64,000 nucleotides of DNA from a virus, in the IMG/VR virus record IMGVR_UViG_3300044769_000143, one strand, 5' to 3'. The notes beneath the pieces were generated by a model. The model was not told the origin of the DNA and made no database searches. It saw nothing but the letters and a program-made list of their open reading frames with translations. The position numbers were made by a program, and so were the translations under genes. Below are positions 1-9,073 of this stretch, in pieces; the stretch's first letter is position 1; each line of letters begins with the position of its first letter.

Positions 1-31
1 TAAAACCGGAGCGGGCGAATCCCGCTCCGGT
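1..31 (-). terminator. Rho-independent terminator after the 42..806 gene
   Basis: GC stem ACCGGAGCGGG (5-15) / CCCGCTCCGGT (21-31) with a 5-nt loop. On the minus strand it is followed by TTTTA and lies 10 nt past the stop at 42-44. Confidence 0.6.
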
Positions 32-41
32 GGTCTCTGGT

Positions 42-806
42 TTACATCTCTGCGTTGGCGGCGCTGTCGTTAGCGCCGAACTCAAAGGAGTCGTCCTCGT
101 GGACGCCGTCCGTGTGAATCTTGACCTCCTGGACCTTCAAGGCGTCGAACAGGTCCTTCAGGAAAGCCAACGTTTCCTGGGTCTTTGGCCATCCGGCCGG
201 CTGGATGTTGAACTGGTAGAAGGTCCCTTTCGGGTTCTTCTTCGTCTTCGAGGAAGTCTGGTACACGCCCGCGTACAGAGGCGCGTTACGCAGCTTGATC
301 AGGCCGTTCAGGGCCTTCGCGACTGCAATCCCCGTGCTCTTCAGGGACAGCGCCACGATTTCACGAGCGCCCTCCGGTTCAAGCACAATGACGAAGTCGT
401 AGAACTTCGTTGCGCGGGGCGGGCGGCGCTTGCCGAAGTCGTCCACCCAGAACTCCGTGCGCGGATCACCTGCCGGCACGTTGGGGTCCACGACGCCGCC
501 ACCCTCGTCGCGCGGGGCAAACTCCACCCAACGTGGTCGGCTCGCCCGCACGATTGCGAAGTCCAACGGCCCGCGGCCGTAGATACGCTGCGTCAGGCTG
601 TTGAAGATCTCACCGACCTTCAACTCCTTGATCTGTTTGCTGTGTCCTTCCTCGAGCTCGGGGCTCATCTGCTGAGCGATGCTCAGGCGGGGAATTTGGA
701 CGTCGTCCTGCTCCATGTGCTCCGTACCCTCTTGCGAGGTCGGGATGAAGCTTGGACGCTCCATCATTGCACCGGATGCTGGCACTTTTACGAGTTCTTC
801 TGCCAT
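42..806 (-). CDS. Putative ssDNA-binding/annealing protein (T7 gp2.5- or DUF669-like) with acidic C-terminal tail
   Basis: 254-aa ORF with SD GGGAGAAG before the ATG. The C-terminus is strongly acidic/aromatic (HEDDSFEFGANDSAANAEM), as in gp2.5-type phage SSBs. Family call is from motif recall only. Confidence 0.4.
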   Translation of the reverse strand: MAEELVKVPASGAMMERPSFIPTSQEGTEHMEQDDVQIPRLSIAQQMSPELEEGHSKQIKELKVGEIFNSLTQRIYGRGPLDFAIVRASRPRWVEFAPRDEGGGVVDPNVPAGDPRTEFWVDDFGKRRPPRATKFYDFVIVLEPEGAREIVALSLKSTGIAVAKALNGLIKLRNAPLYAGVYQTSSKTKKNPKGTFYQFNIQPAGWPKTQETLAFLKDLFDALKVQEVKIHTDGVHEDDSFEFGANDSAANAEM

Positions 807-862
807 TTTGCTTCTCCCTGCTTTTCACTTATTCGGGGACAGACAAGCAGTTAGTCTGGCTC

Positions 863-1348
863 CTAGGACCGCGTCAATCGCAGTCCGGGCTTGAGGTAGA
901 CCTCGACTCCATCCGGCGGCGCTTCTCCACTTTCGAGTAACGTCTTCGAGATGGCGTTTGTGGTCTGCCATGGAAGCGTCAGTAGGTTTTCGTAACCGTT
1001 CTCGATCACCCAATGACGAAACGCTTCCTTGTCCTTCACACTGGCGTACGGGTCGTATTTCGTCGAAACGAGGTACCCGTTCGTGGTGCGAACCGCGCTC
1101 AGGTCGTCCGCTTCGAACGACTCAATCAACAGTTCTTGAAGCGCCTGGATCTTCCCGTTGATGCCCTTGAGTTCTTCCTCGAGGTCATCCTTGTCGTCGC
1201 GCAGCTCTGTGTAGAGCTTTGCAAGGTCAGCGGAAGACTTGCCAGCGTACTCTGCCTTCTGGTCGACGATCTTCTTCCGGTACGGGTTGTCCACTTCGAC
1301 AAACCGCGGCAGATTTCCAAACTTCTGCAGATTCGTTTGCTTAGCCAT
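863..1348 (-). CDS. Hypothetical coiled-coil protein (possibly Gp157-like)
   Basis: 161-aa ORF with SD AGGAGAAA before the ATG. Central acidic coiled-coil segment. Sits beside the SSB-like gene. Confidence 0.55.
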   Translation of the reverse strand: MAKQTNLQKFGNLPRFVEVDNPYRKKIVDQKAEYAGKSSADLAKLYTELRDDKDDLEEELKGINGKIQALQELLIESFEADDLSAVRTTNGYLVSTKYDPYASVKDKEAFRHWVIENGYENLLTLPWQTTNAISKTLLESGEAPPDGVEVYLKPGLRLTRS

Positions 1349-1386
1349 TTTCTCCTTTCCACCGGGGCCGTAGGCGGCCGGTACAG

Positions 1387-1419
1387 TTAGAATAACACGG
1401 ACAGCCCCGGAGGTACGGG
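1387..1419 (-). promoter_or_regulatory. Class II promoter cassette (CCCGTACC box + GTGTTATTCT extended -10)
   Basis: Minus strand reads CCCGTACCTCCGGGGCTGTCCGTGTTATTCTAA, then a GC hairpin, then GGAGAAAATG at 1348. Alignable with 7 other cassettes. Confidence 0.55.
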
Positions 1420-1423
1420 ACTT

Positions 1424-1633
1424 CTAAAAGAGGCTCCCCTGACCTGCTCGCTGGAGGTCCACCGAGGTATAGTTGAGACATTTCACGCAGCGCCACTCGG
1501 CGCCATCTTTATCTATATGCACAATCACAGAATAGCATTGTCCCTTTGGGCATCTAGGTTTCTTTATTTCGGGCAAATTCCTGATCTTCAGGGAATACGG
1601 TGCGAGATAATCTATCTTTTCTACACGTCCCAC
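1424..1633 (-). CDS. Small zinc-ribbon protein
   Basis: 69-aa ORF with CPKGQC...CVKC (CxxxxC/CxxC pairs). Overlaps the primase stop, suggesting coupling. Non-ATG start, so the start is uncertain. Confidence 0.45.
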   Translation of the reverse strand: MGRVEKIDYLAPYSLKIRNLPEIKKPRCPKGQCYSVIVHIDKDGAEWRCVKCLNYTSVDLQRAGQGSLF

Positions 1634-3705
1634 AGCTTGTCACCGTCCTTATGTCCTCTACGAACATATCCACGGGCTACACCACCTGAGTCAGTTCTCA
1701 TAGTTGTGCTATGAAATTTCAAGCGTTGCATAATATCACCTATTCGCCGCGAATCCGATTTGGTTCTACGAGCTACTTCAATTCCTATGGCGTCCATCAA
1801 TGCATCACTGCTGATGTACAAACCACCTTGTCTTATATCTAAGGTCTGTGCTATTATTTCACGAATATTATCTTCCCAAGGGTCCACCTCGAAGCGTTCT
1901 TCTTGATGTTTCTCTGCTACAGACCACAAGCTTTCTTTCAAACGAATCGATTCACCCTTTTTCTCACGGACATTTGCTTCTGCCCACAACTGATCACGGA
2001 CTGTAGCAATTCCTTGAAAATCAAGTGTCGTTGTTTTCACTGGCCAGAAACGCCGAGCGCCTGTCGGGTCAGTGATGTACTGTGTATCATTCACAGTTCC
2101 TATGAAGATAAAATGCCGCGGCCGTTCAGAAGCTGTCTTGGCGTATGCTAGTCGCACAGGTCCGTCAGATTGTCGTGATAACATCGCCTTCAACTGATTG
2201 ACCTCGGCTTTGTTCCGCCCGGTCAATTCAGCAATCTCAATGATCCACTTTCCAGCGGTGTGTTCGATAATTTCCTTACCCTGCAGATCGAGACGCATTC
2301 CGTCTGAAAACCAATCCTCATTAGGACACAAGTTACGAAGTAACGTACTCTTTCCTGTTCCTTGTATGCCTTCCAGAATTACCATTTCATCGTATTTACA
2401 GCCCGGCTCACGAACGCGTCTTACGGCAGCTATCAGCATGATTCCACTAATAGCTCGCACGTAGGCATTATCCTCGACACCAGCGTAGGTAATCAACCAT
2501 TCATCTAATCGCGGGGTGCCATCCCATTCGAGGGTGTCTAGATATTCACGTACGGGATGTCGTTGGTTTTTGTAAGCGGCGTCGTACAGAACTCTTGCGT
2601 ACAGAGTTGGGGAGGGTAGGAACTTAAATTCCTTGTCAAATTGCAGATACAGATTGTTCTCAAGGTCATCGGTAAGAATCTGTTTACCTTTTCCTTGTTC
2701 AATCACGTACTTCTTTTCAGAGAATGTGTCGAATTCAAACGACAGCCTGAGCTTATCAAATCCAATTCGTATGTTTGCCACAGAATTGATAAGTGGCAGA
2801 CCACGTTTATCCGTTATCCAACTGGAAGCTTCGCCAACCCAACGGCGAAATAGCTGAATAATTTCATTTCCAAAGAACTTTCGTAGTTCAGAAATGCCTG
2901 TGTGCGGATTCCCGGCTTTATGTTTCTCGTAGGTGGAGTTAACCACCATATCAATATCAGAAGCGTCTTTGTTTCCTGTGGATCTAACGATCTCCCGGCC
3001 AATCTTGATAAGTTTATCCTTATCAATATCAGCACTAATCATGAATCCAGCCCACGCCAACCGTAGCTCATGGGTGAATTTACCACCGGCGCAATGCTTT
3101 GCAAACATCATGCCGATTGCTACAGTAGTTACGAGGTCTCTCATTTCACGAGACGTCACTTTGGCAGGGTTGGGTCCACCACCCTCTATGAATTCCAGTG
3201 GCTCTCGTCGATCACCCTTAGTCCAAATTGATGGCGGAACCATGGTTTGGAAACCTAGTGCGCCATCATTCTTCACTCCACGAATTTCGAGGAGCGTAGT
3301 ACCGTCTAGATCTGTGTATTTAGTTGTGGGAATTGGCTCATCTGTGAGGTAAAACAGATGGCTAATAGTCTTCGAGGCTCGCCCGAAGGCAAATTCTGTG
3401 GTAGGTAGGATTGATGCGGCAATCTTAATTCCCGGGCTCCAGTCAACGTCTACGTCGTGGAGATATTCGCCCGGTGCAACCTCTTGCCCGGTCAATAGAC
3501 CGACGCGGTTGCCCTCTTTGTAATCGTCGAGACTGTACGCTTTCTGTGTCCAGTTGGCTTCTTTTGGACCTTTTATATCGCCTATCTGTGGCCAAACAAC
3601 AAACTTCCAATTCCGTGATGCGTAGTCTTCGACGACCGCTTTCGCCATCCTAGATACCATCCTAGGCGACAGGCTCAAAGATTGCGTAACCTTCGGGTCT
3701 GACAC
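1621..3705 (-). CDS. Bifunctional DNA primase/polymerase-helicase (Prim-Pol N-terminus + VirE/P4-alpha-type P-loop domain)
   Basis: 694 aa. N-terminal Prim-Pol-like region (LHDVDVDW), Walker A GIQGTGKST and Walker B-like WIIEIAEL typical of VirE/D5-type phage primases. True start may be an internal Met. Visibly AT-richer than its neighbours. Confidence 0.8.
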   Translation of the reverse strand: MSDPKVTQSLSLSPRMVSRMAKAVVEDYASRNWKFVVWPQIGDIKGPKEANWTQKAYSLDDYKEGNRVGLLTGQEVAPGEYLHDVDVDWSPGIKIAASILPTTEFAFGRASKTISHLFYLTDEPIPTTKYTDLDGTTLLEIRGVKNDGALGFQTMVPPSIWTKGDRREPLEFIEGGGPNPAKVTSREMRDLVTTVAIGMMFAKHCAGGKFTHELRLAWAGFMISADIDKDKLIKIGREIVRSTGNKDASDIDMVVNSTYEKHKAGNPHTGISELRKFFGNEIIQLFRRWVGEASSWITDKRGLPLINSVANIRIGFDKLRLSFEFDTFSEKKYVIEQGKGKQILTDDLENNLYLQFDKEFKFLPSPTLYARVLYDAAYKNQRHPVREYLDTLEWDGTPRLDEWLITYAGVEDNAYVRAISGIMLIAAVRRVREPGCKYDEMVILEGIQGTGKSTLLRNLCPNEDWFSDGMRLDLQGKEIIEHTAGKWIIEIAELTGRNKAEVNQLKAMLSRQSDGPVRLAYAKTASERPRHFIFIGTVNDTQYITDPTGARRFWPVKTTTLDFQGIATVRDQLWAEANVREKKGESIRLKESLWSVAEKHQEERFEVDPWEDNIREIIAQTLDIRQGGLYISSDALMDAIGIEVARRTKSDSRRIGDIMQRLKFHSTTMRTDSGGVARGYVRRGHKDGDKLWDV

Positions 3706-3823
3706 CGAAAGCTGCGCCAGGAGGCGCAGATTGTGAAAGGAAGGATCGGCTCGAGGATGGGCCAGACGACCATCCGCCGACTCGGGGTGAAGCGTCCCTC
3801 ACCGCCGATCCAACCTAATACTC

Positions 3824-3852
3824 AGTATAGCACAGCCGGGCGGGATTGTCAA
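3824..3852 (-). promoter_or_regulatory. Class I near-consensus sigma70-type promoter for the primase operon
   Basis: Minus strand: TTGACA (3847-3852), 17-bp spacer, TGc TATACT (-10 at 3824-3829). Confidence 0.65.
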
Positions 3853-4023
3853 GGGATAGGTACCGGGTACCCGGCAAACGGCCGACCCGGTACCCGGTAC
3901 AGACGGCCGTGAGCGTATGCACGTGGCCCGCCTTGCCACGTTCGGCCGGTACCCTTACCCGGCATACGTACCCGGCCGCCTACGCGCCTGGGAGCGGCCA
4001 GGAGGCGGTTTTCCGGTTCCAGC
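3853..4023. repeat. Intergenic cluster of GGTACCCGG-type repeats and hairpins
   Basis: At least 5 copies of GTACCCGG/CCGGTAC. ACGTGGC-N7-GCCACGT hairpin. Contains a CGTATGCAC word also found at 20630, 20696 and 22363. CCGGTACCCTTACCCGG resembles 58848-58863. Confidence 0.6.
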
Positions 4024-4362
4024 TCAGGCCCAATTCTTGATGAGCTGATCCAGCTTCCGCTCGATGCGGTCCAGCTGTGTCTCGCCCTCCGGAACGCGAA
4101 GCTTCAACTTGCCGCGCTTTCGCTCGGAAGCCTGTCGCTTCTTGAGCTCCCTCTGCTCCTCTTCGATCCGGCGCTTCTCGAGCCACAGATTTGTGCTCTC
4201 CGGGTCCAGCTTCCGCGTGAAGCGGCTTTTCCCGTTGCCATCGTTCGGATTGAGGATCTTGATCTCGCCGCCGTCGGCTGCCGCGATGATGGTCATTGGC
4301 GTAGACTTTGCCATTTCCACCACCTGCTTGACTGTGTAGTACGGAATCACACGTTCGCTCAT
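4024..4362 (-). CDS. Hypothetical DNA-binding protein (excisionase/MerR-like HTH at N-terminus, basic coiled-coil tail)
   Basis: 112-aa ORF. N-terminal YYTVKQVVEMAKSTPMTI resembles Xis/MerR-type HTH. Lys/Arg/Glu-rich C-terminal half. Confidence 0.45.
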   Translation of the reverse strand: MSERVIPYYTVKQVVEMAKSTPMTIIAAADGGEIKILNPNDGNGKSRFTRKLDPESTNLWLEKRRIEEEQRELKKRQASERKRGKLKLRVPEGETQLDRIERKLDQLIKNWA

Positions 4363-4367
4363 GTTGT

Positions 4368-4613
4368 CTATCCTTTGCTAAAGGTGTTCATGTAGTCGAT
4401 GATACGCTTGTCCTCGTATCGCTCCTGGAAGAACACGAAGCCCGCATCCAGTGCATGCTGCGCTAGTTCCCGCAGCCTATCAGCATCCGGCATTTCACCT
4501 GACGCTGAGTAGTCTTCCATGATCCGTTCGACGTATACCCTCACGGCTACGTCGTCGCGAATCTCCGTCTTCGTACGCTCGACTTTTACGAGCGAAGTCT
4601 TTGGTCTTTCCAT
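4368..4613 (-). CDS. Hypothetical protein
   Basis: Start chosen at MERPKT (ATG 4611-4613) with GAGGAA SD just after the ligase stop. The longer track ORF (to 4691) would overlap the ligase. Confidence 0.5.
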   Translation of the reverse strand: MERPKTSLVKVERTKTEIRDDVAVRVYVERIMEDYSASGEMPDADRLRELAQHALDAGFVFFQERYEDKRIIDYMNTFSKG

Positions 4614-4617
4614 TTCT

Positions 4618-5427
4618 CTATTCCTCATCCAGTAAATGGTCCCAACGTGGGTGACGGTAGGAGCCATCTTCTGTTCTGCCCTGAAATTCAATCCGGAGTT
4701 GCCGCCCGATAAAGAACTTCGGGTTCATGTTAGCCGCCGCCAGCAACTCATTGTTCAAGACCTTCACCGACGTTCGGCGCAGGTCATCACCCTCGATTAC
4801 CACTCTGGAGAATGGGCCGTTCCTTCCAGGAGCGAAGCCGATGATTTCCATCACAGCGGTGTTCGACTCCTTTACTTTGATCCACTTCCCAGCCGGGCGC
4901 TTGCCGGCGTGGTATTCCGAAAGCTTGTCTTTCAGGATCAAGCCCTCGCCGCCGTTCTTCACCACCTTGTCGAACAGGTCTTTCATCTGCTCGGCAGTGC
5001 GTAGTTTCATGAACGCCGACATCTTCACGTTCGGTCCATCCACGTTTTCGAATGCTTCTGCCAGCATTTCTCGCCGGCCTTCCCACAGATGCCACATCAC
5101 ATCTGTTTTGATCGCCCATAGGATGTCAAACGCCACGAACTGGAGCTGATCCTTCTTTGTCAACTCCACGACGTTGTGGCTCTTTCCACCCGGCACGATC
5201 AGTTCGCCGTCGTACACGCCCGGATCGAGTTGTAGTATCTGCCGTTTCAGTGTATCTGGCAGCGCCCGTTCGATCCCGTAGCGTCCCCACGCGAACACGT
5301 CCCGAACAGTCACTTCCACGACCAGCCGGTGACCGTCGTACTTCTCCTCCGCCACCCACCGCCCGCTTTCGTAGTTCAGCGGTGCTTTCGGCATACCCGA
5401 TGCAAGCATCGGGCTGATGAACGCCAT
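4618..5427 (-). CDS. ATP-dependent DNA ligase
   Basis: Motif I EEKYDGHRLVV, motif IV GEGLILK and motif V KWIKVKE. Start taken at MAFISPML (ATG 5425-5427), overlapping the upstream stop (TAATG). Confidence 0.85.
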   Translation of the reverse strand: MAFISPMLASGMPKAPLNYESGRWVAEEKYDGHRLVVEVTVRDVFAWGRYGIERALPDTLKRQILQLDPGVYDGELIVPGGKSHNVVELTKKDQLQFVAFDILWAIKTDVMWHLWEGRREMLAEAFENVDGPNVKMSAFMKLRTAEQMKDLFDKVVKNGGEGLILKDKLSEYHAGKRPAGKWIKVKESNTAVMEIIGFAPGRNGPFSRVVIEGDDLRRTSVKVLNNELLAAANMNPKFFIGRQLRIEFQGRTEDGSYRHPRWDHLLDEE

Positions 5428-5795
5428 TACGCTCCCTCCGACAGGTCTTCCAACTGCGTGGCGATCCCTTCGTGGTCCGGATCGAGTGCCGGGATCTTGG
5501 GAAGCTCTATCACCCGTGACGCCGACAGAAACTCGCGCAGTTCCCGGATCCACATCAGGATCTCGTGGCCGCGCTTGCTCGCCTGAAACCGCTCGCTACG
5601 GCTTTCGAGGGAGTCTTCGTTGTCCGTGATCAACCCGCGCACGAACCGCTCGGCGCGTACCACGATCTCGTTGTAAACGACGATCTCCTTGTCGAGATCC
5701 TCGTACAGTTCCGTAACCACCTGTAGCTGGTCACGTAGGTCTTCGACGAGGTGGCGTTTGTCCGCAACCTCGAACTCATCCAGCTTGAATTCCAT
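5427..5795 (-). CDS. Hypothetical coiled-coil protein
   Basis: 122-aa acidic helical ORF. SD GGAGATAGATATG context. Confidence 0.6.
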   Translation of the reverse strand: MEFKLDEFEVADKRHLVEDLRDQLQVVTELYEDLDKEIVVYNEIVVRAERFVRGLITDNEDSLESRSERFQASKRGHEILMWIRELREFLSASRVIELPKIPALDPDHEGIATQLEDLSEGA

Positions 5796-5833
5796 ATCTA
5801 TCTCCTTAGGTGAGCCGGGCTACCCGGCCACGC

Positions 5834-5846
5834 TACAGAATACCAC
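5834..5846 (-). promoter_or_regulatory. Class II-type extended -10 (GTGGTATTCTGTA) with downstream GC hairpin
   Basis: Minus strand GGCTCCGTGGTATTCTGTA, then the GCCGGGTAGCCCGGC hairpin, then AAGGAGATAGATATG. The upstream box is truncated by the stop at 5856. Confidence 0.45.
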
Positions 5847-5855
5847 GGAGCCGGC

Positions 5856-6062
5856 CTAGAACCCGTTCCCCTCCTGCGAAGTTTCCTCGGCAATTTTCGC
5901 TGCAGCGTCTTCGAGCTGATGTTCTTCTTCTGGTGAGATTGCGAAGAACACGTAAGTTTCGCCGAAAATTTCTTGGGCAACTTCCTTGCAATCCCACAGA
6001 GACACCCGGCCGTCACGATCAACGGTTAGGTGAAAGCCGCCGTCCTCTTTCCAGTTGTTCAT
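5856..6062 (-). CDS. Hypothetical protein
   Basis: 68-aa ORF packed tightly between neighbouring genes. Confidence 0.5.
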   Translation of the reverse strand: MNNWKEDGGFHLTVDRDGRVSLWDCKEVAQEIFGETYVFFAISPEEEHQLEDAAAKIAEETSQEGNGF

Positions 6063-6063
6063 A

Positions 6064-6249
6064 TCAATCCCCTACGACCTCCTCGAGCACGACGTTTTCG
6101 AGGAGAAACTGTCTGTCCTCGATCCCACGAAGCAACTTCTCCACCGTGACGTTCATCACGTCCCCAGATGCTTCCCCGTCATTGAGCTGCTCCTCCAGCC
6201 AATCAGGGACAACCACGTCCGCCGTCAACATGATACGGATCTTTGGCAT
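6064..6249 (-). CDS. Hypothetical protein
   Basis: 61-aa acidic ORF. Its start overlaps the stop of the helicase gene. Confidence 0.5.
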   Translation of the reverse strand: MPKIRIMLTADVVVPDWLEEQLNDGEASGDVMNVTVEKLLRGIEDRQFLLENVVLEEVVGD

Positions 6250-7712
6250 TAGAACTCCTTCTTTTCCTGTACCAGGACCAGTTCCGCCTGCGCTCGCGTA
6301 ATTGCGACGTAGCGAATATTGTCCTCTTCCTGCGTCGCGCCGAACTTAGACTTGAACGACTCTTCCAGCGTGAATACTCGCCCGGTCTCGAGCCCCTTGG
6401 CCTTGTGTACCGACGAGCACATGATCACGCCCCGGCCTTCCACGTCCGAGAACAACGCGTCGATTCGGGTCTCAACAAAGTCGAGATTGGGTGCCTCCTC
6501 AAACAGGTTGCGCAGCATGTCGGCCTTGTCCACGATCTCGGTGATTTTCTCCTCGCGGCCCGCCTTGATCATGCGCTTGGTCTGCTTCTGCTCCCAGGTG
6601 TCCAGCTTCGACAGGAAGTCGGGGATGCTACGAGCGCGGAACTTCTTGATCAGCGCCTTCAGCCCGGCGCCGATGTCGCGCCCCGCGACTCTCGCACGCT
6701 TCCCGTTCTTCAGTAGGCTGATTGCCACGCTCACCAACGGCGCGTTCAGGCGGGACAGGATGAAGTCATTCTCATCGGCTTCCTCAACAAGTCGCTCGCG
6801 TGCGAGCGACCGTACAGTCCCTTCTGGGTTCGTCTCGCATGCTTCGTAATCGGGCACTAGCAGTTTCGCCATTCGTACCACGCTCTGCGGGCAACGGTAT
6901 GTCACTGTCAGCGGCAGAATGTCCGCTCCAATTTTCTCGACCAACGTGTGGAACGTGTTCGAATCAATGCCGCGGAACCCGTAGATCGCTTGGCGGTCAT
7001 CGCCCACGACTACGATACGCTCCTTGCTCAACCCGAGCGCTATCTCCAACTGCGCCGGCGACATGTCCTGCGCCTCATCCACGACAACGAGGTGGTGCGC
7101 CGGTCGAATCCAGCGGTTGCGGCACGGGAGAAAAATCATGTCGCTAAAGTCGATCCCGTTCACCGGCTTCACTGCAGCCGCGTATTCCATCGCCTTCAGC
7201 GCGTAATCCTCGATCACTTCCGGCGTGTACCCCATCTCTTCGAGGTACTCATCCGGTAGGATATCGAAATTGTACATCAGGTCCAGAAGGTCGCCGGCGA
7301 TCTCGGCGTGTGGAATGATCTCGCGGCCCTTCGTGTGCAGCTTGCTGATCAGCTTCTTGGCTGCATCAGGAACGCGCCCTCCGGTCACGGCTTCCGTCAC
7401 CGACGCGGCGCGGTCATCCAGGCGGCTGGCCAGCTGCACGCCGTTCCAGTTACGCATCACGATACCAAACCCGAGGCCGTGAAGCGTCTTCGCTCGCGCC
7501 CGCGGGTGACCGGCGATGCGCAGGCTCAGTTCCTTCTCGATTGACTTGTTGAAGGCGCACAGCATGATCGACTGATCGGGTGCACGCTTCACACCCTCGA
7601 TGATCACCGTCGTCTTGCCGGTTCCCGCTCGCGCCCGAGCGGCGAAGTTTTCGCCGTTAGGCTCTGCGAAGCGTCCAAAAATCGCTTCCTGTTGGGGAGA
7701 CCAAACTTTCAT
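6249..7712 (-). CDS. UvrD/Rep/PcrA-family SF1 DNA helicase
   Basis: Walker A AGTGKTT, motif II VVVDEAQDM, TYRCPQ, VHKAKGLE and YVAITRA motifs in canonical order. Confidence 0.85.
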   Translation of the reverse strand: MKVWSPQQEAIFGRFAEPNGENFAARARAGTGKTTVIIEGVKRAPDQSIMLCAFNKSIEKELSLRIAGHPRARAKTLHGLGFGIVMRNWNGVQLASRLDDRAASVTEAVTGGRVPDAAKKLISKLHTKGREIIPHAEIAGDLLDLMYNFDILPDEYLEEMGYTPEVIEDYALKAMEYAAAVKPVNGIDFSDMIFLPCRNRWIRPAHHLVVVDEAQDMSPAQLEIALGLSKERIVVVGDDRQAIYGFRGIDSNTFHTLVEKIGADILPLTVTYRCPQSVVRMAKLLVPDYEACETNPEGTVRSLARERLVEEADENDFILSRLNAPLVSVAISLLKNGKRARVAGRDIGAGLKALIKKFRARSIPDFLSKLDTWEQKQTKRMIKAGREEKITEIVDKADMLRNLFEEAPNLDFVETRIDALFSDVEGRGVIMCSSVHKAKGLETGRVFTLEESFKSKFGATQEEDNIRYVAITRAQAELVLVQEKKEF

Positions 7713-7754
7713 ATCTATCTACTCCTATCTAGCCGGCCGGGCGGCCGGGTACCC

Positions 7755-7789
7755 TTTAAGAATACCACAGAGCCGCCCGGAGGTACAGG
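7755..7789 (-). promoter_or_regulatory. Class II promoter cassette
   Basis: Minus strand CCTGTACCTCCGGGCGGCTCTGTGGTATTCTTAAA, then hairpin CCGGCCGCCCGGCCGG, then GGAGTAGATAGATATG (start 7712). Confidence 0.55.
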
Positions 7790-7792
7790 ACT

Positions 7793-8026
7793 TCACCGGG
7801 AATTCCGGTCCTGTTCCAGGAGCTGATCCAGCCTGTTCAGGCCAACTGCCTTAGCATCATCCGACGGAATCACCTCGAAGGTCACCTCGCGTCGCAGCAC
7901 GAGTTCGAGGAACCGCTCGGTGTCAATGATGCGCTGGATCAGGTCATGATCGAGCTCTGTGCTGCTAACCGCCGAGGTCCCATTGACGGTAATGTTTCCA
8001 AAGCTCAGCTTGAAGAGGAACTTCAT
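7793..8026 (-). CDS. Hypothetical protein
   Basis: 77-aa ORF in the operon context. Confidence 0.5.
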   Translation of the reverse strand: MKFLFKLSFGNITVNGTSAVSSTELDHDLIQRIIDTERFLELVLRREVTFEVIPSDDAKAVGLNRLDQLLEQDRNSR

Positions 8027-8036
8027 GTCACCTCCC

Positions 8037-8408
8037 TCATGAGAACATCAGCTCCCCGTAGACCGCGAACTGCACAATGCCGTCTGCGCCGTTCGCGTCT
8101 ATATCCCACTCGCCATCGCCCAAGTACTGAACAGTCGAGGTCCCTTGCGGGTAGGCGAGAAGGAATAGCTGCAGTCCCCTCACGAAGTCGAGGCCGGTGA
8201 AAATCACCTCCACGATATCGTCTTCGTCCCCGTCCTTGGGATACAGGAGGGATGCCTGCGTGACACCGCCGTCCACACCGTAGACAACATTCTGCCAGAC
8301 AAACCACTCGTAGCCTTGTTCAACGGCTGAGACCATGTGGTCTCCGACCCCGTTGACCGGCACGGTGATCTGTACTGTCATCGTGCCCTCCGTGATCGCC
8401 TTAGCCAT
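8037..8408 (-). CDS. Hypothetical protein
   Basis: Start chosen at MAKAITEG (ATG 8406-8408), overlapping the HNH stop by 8 nt. The longer track ORF overlaps HNH coding sequence. Confidence 0.55.
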   Translation of the reverse strand: MAKAITEGTMTVQITVPVNGVGDHMVSAVEQGYEWFVWQNVVYGVDGGVTQASLLYPKDGDEDDIVEVIFTGLDFVRGLQLFLLAYPQGTSTVQYLGDGEWDIDANGADGIVQFAVYGELMFS

Positions 8409-8880
8409 GTTTCTCCTTTTGCGTGAGCCAAACCCAAGTTTTTCTGTTTTGAATATCTTCAATTGTTCGTCGACCAACAGCGTATTCTATTGCTAACGCT
8501 CTTGTTGGTTTGTTACTCTTGAAGATTTCCATCACTTCAGTCTCAGTTAAAATTGCCCGACTTCGGTGATGATTTTTACCGTTTGGCATTCTGCCTTTCT
8601 CAGCAGCATCACATGTGTTTTCTTTTGCGGTTCCAAGGAACAGATGATTTGGATTCACGCAAATTCTATTATCACAGTGGTGACACACGAGTTGTCCATC
8701 CGGTATTGGACCATTTGCTAATTCCCACGAAAAACGGTGAGCCCCTACCATCTTATAGTGGGTAACTGCAAAGATTCCGTATCCTCTGGCGATTGCCCCA
8801 GGCCAGGTCCAGCATTCATCTGGACCTTTTCTGTGGACAAATCGCCAAAAGCGGATTTCTGGAGAAATCCTAGCCAACAT
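8401..8880 (-). CDS. HNH homing endonuclease (paralogue family A)
   Basis: CWTWPG...GYGIF...AHRFSWELANGPIPDGQLVCHHCDNRICVNPNHLFLGTAKEN. AT-rich island. Paralogous to 22744-23211 and 62118-62573. Confidence 0.85.
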   Translation of the reverse strand: MLARISPEIRFWRFVHRKGPDECWTWPGAIARGYGIFAVTHYKMVGAHRFSWELANGPIPDGQLVCHHCDNRICVNPNHLFLGTAKENTCDAAEKGRMPNGKNHHRSRAILTETEVMEIFKSNKPTRALAIEYAVGRRTIEDIQNRKTWVWLTQKEKHG

Positions 8881-9073
8881 TTCTTACCTCTTTGAGCCTT
8901 GCCTCCTTTTCTACTTTAGCCTTCGCCATAATTCCGGCCATGCCCAGCTTGGCGCTCTGGTTGCCAGACAGCTCGAGGACAACCATCACCTCGTCCGCCG
9001 GGCACTGGTCCTGGCGATCCCACAGGCTGAACACGAGGTTCTCGTTCACGGAAATGAAAAGCTTGACCATCAC
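8870..9073 (-). CDS. Hypothetical protein
   Basis: 67-aa ORF. Overlapping stop/start with both neighbours. Confidence 0.5.
   Translation of the reverse strand: MMVKLFISVNENLVFSLWDRQDQCPADEVMVVLELSGNQSAKLGMAGIMAKAKVEKEARLKEVRNVG

Noticed and set aside
5428-5553. N-terminal 42-codon extension of the ligase ORF, which the track starts at 5553.
   Set aside because: The extension overlaps the upstream gene (5427-5795) in another frame and is Arg/Gly/Pro-rich. The internal ATG at 5427 gives the canonical ligase N-terminus and a TAATG stop/start overlap.
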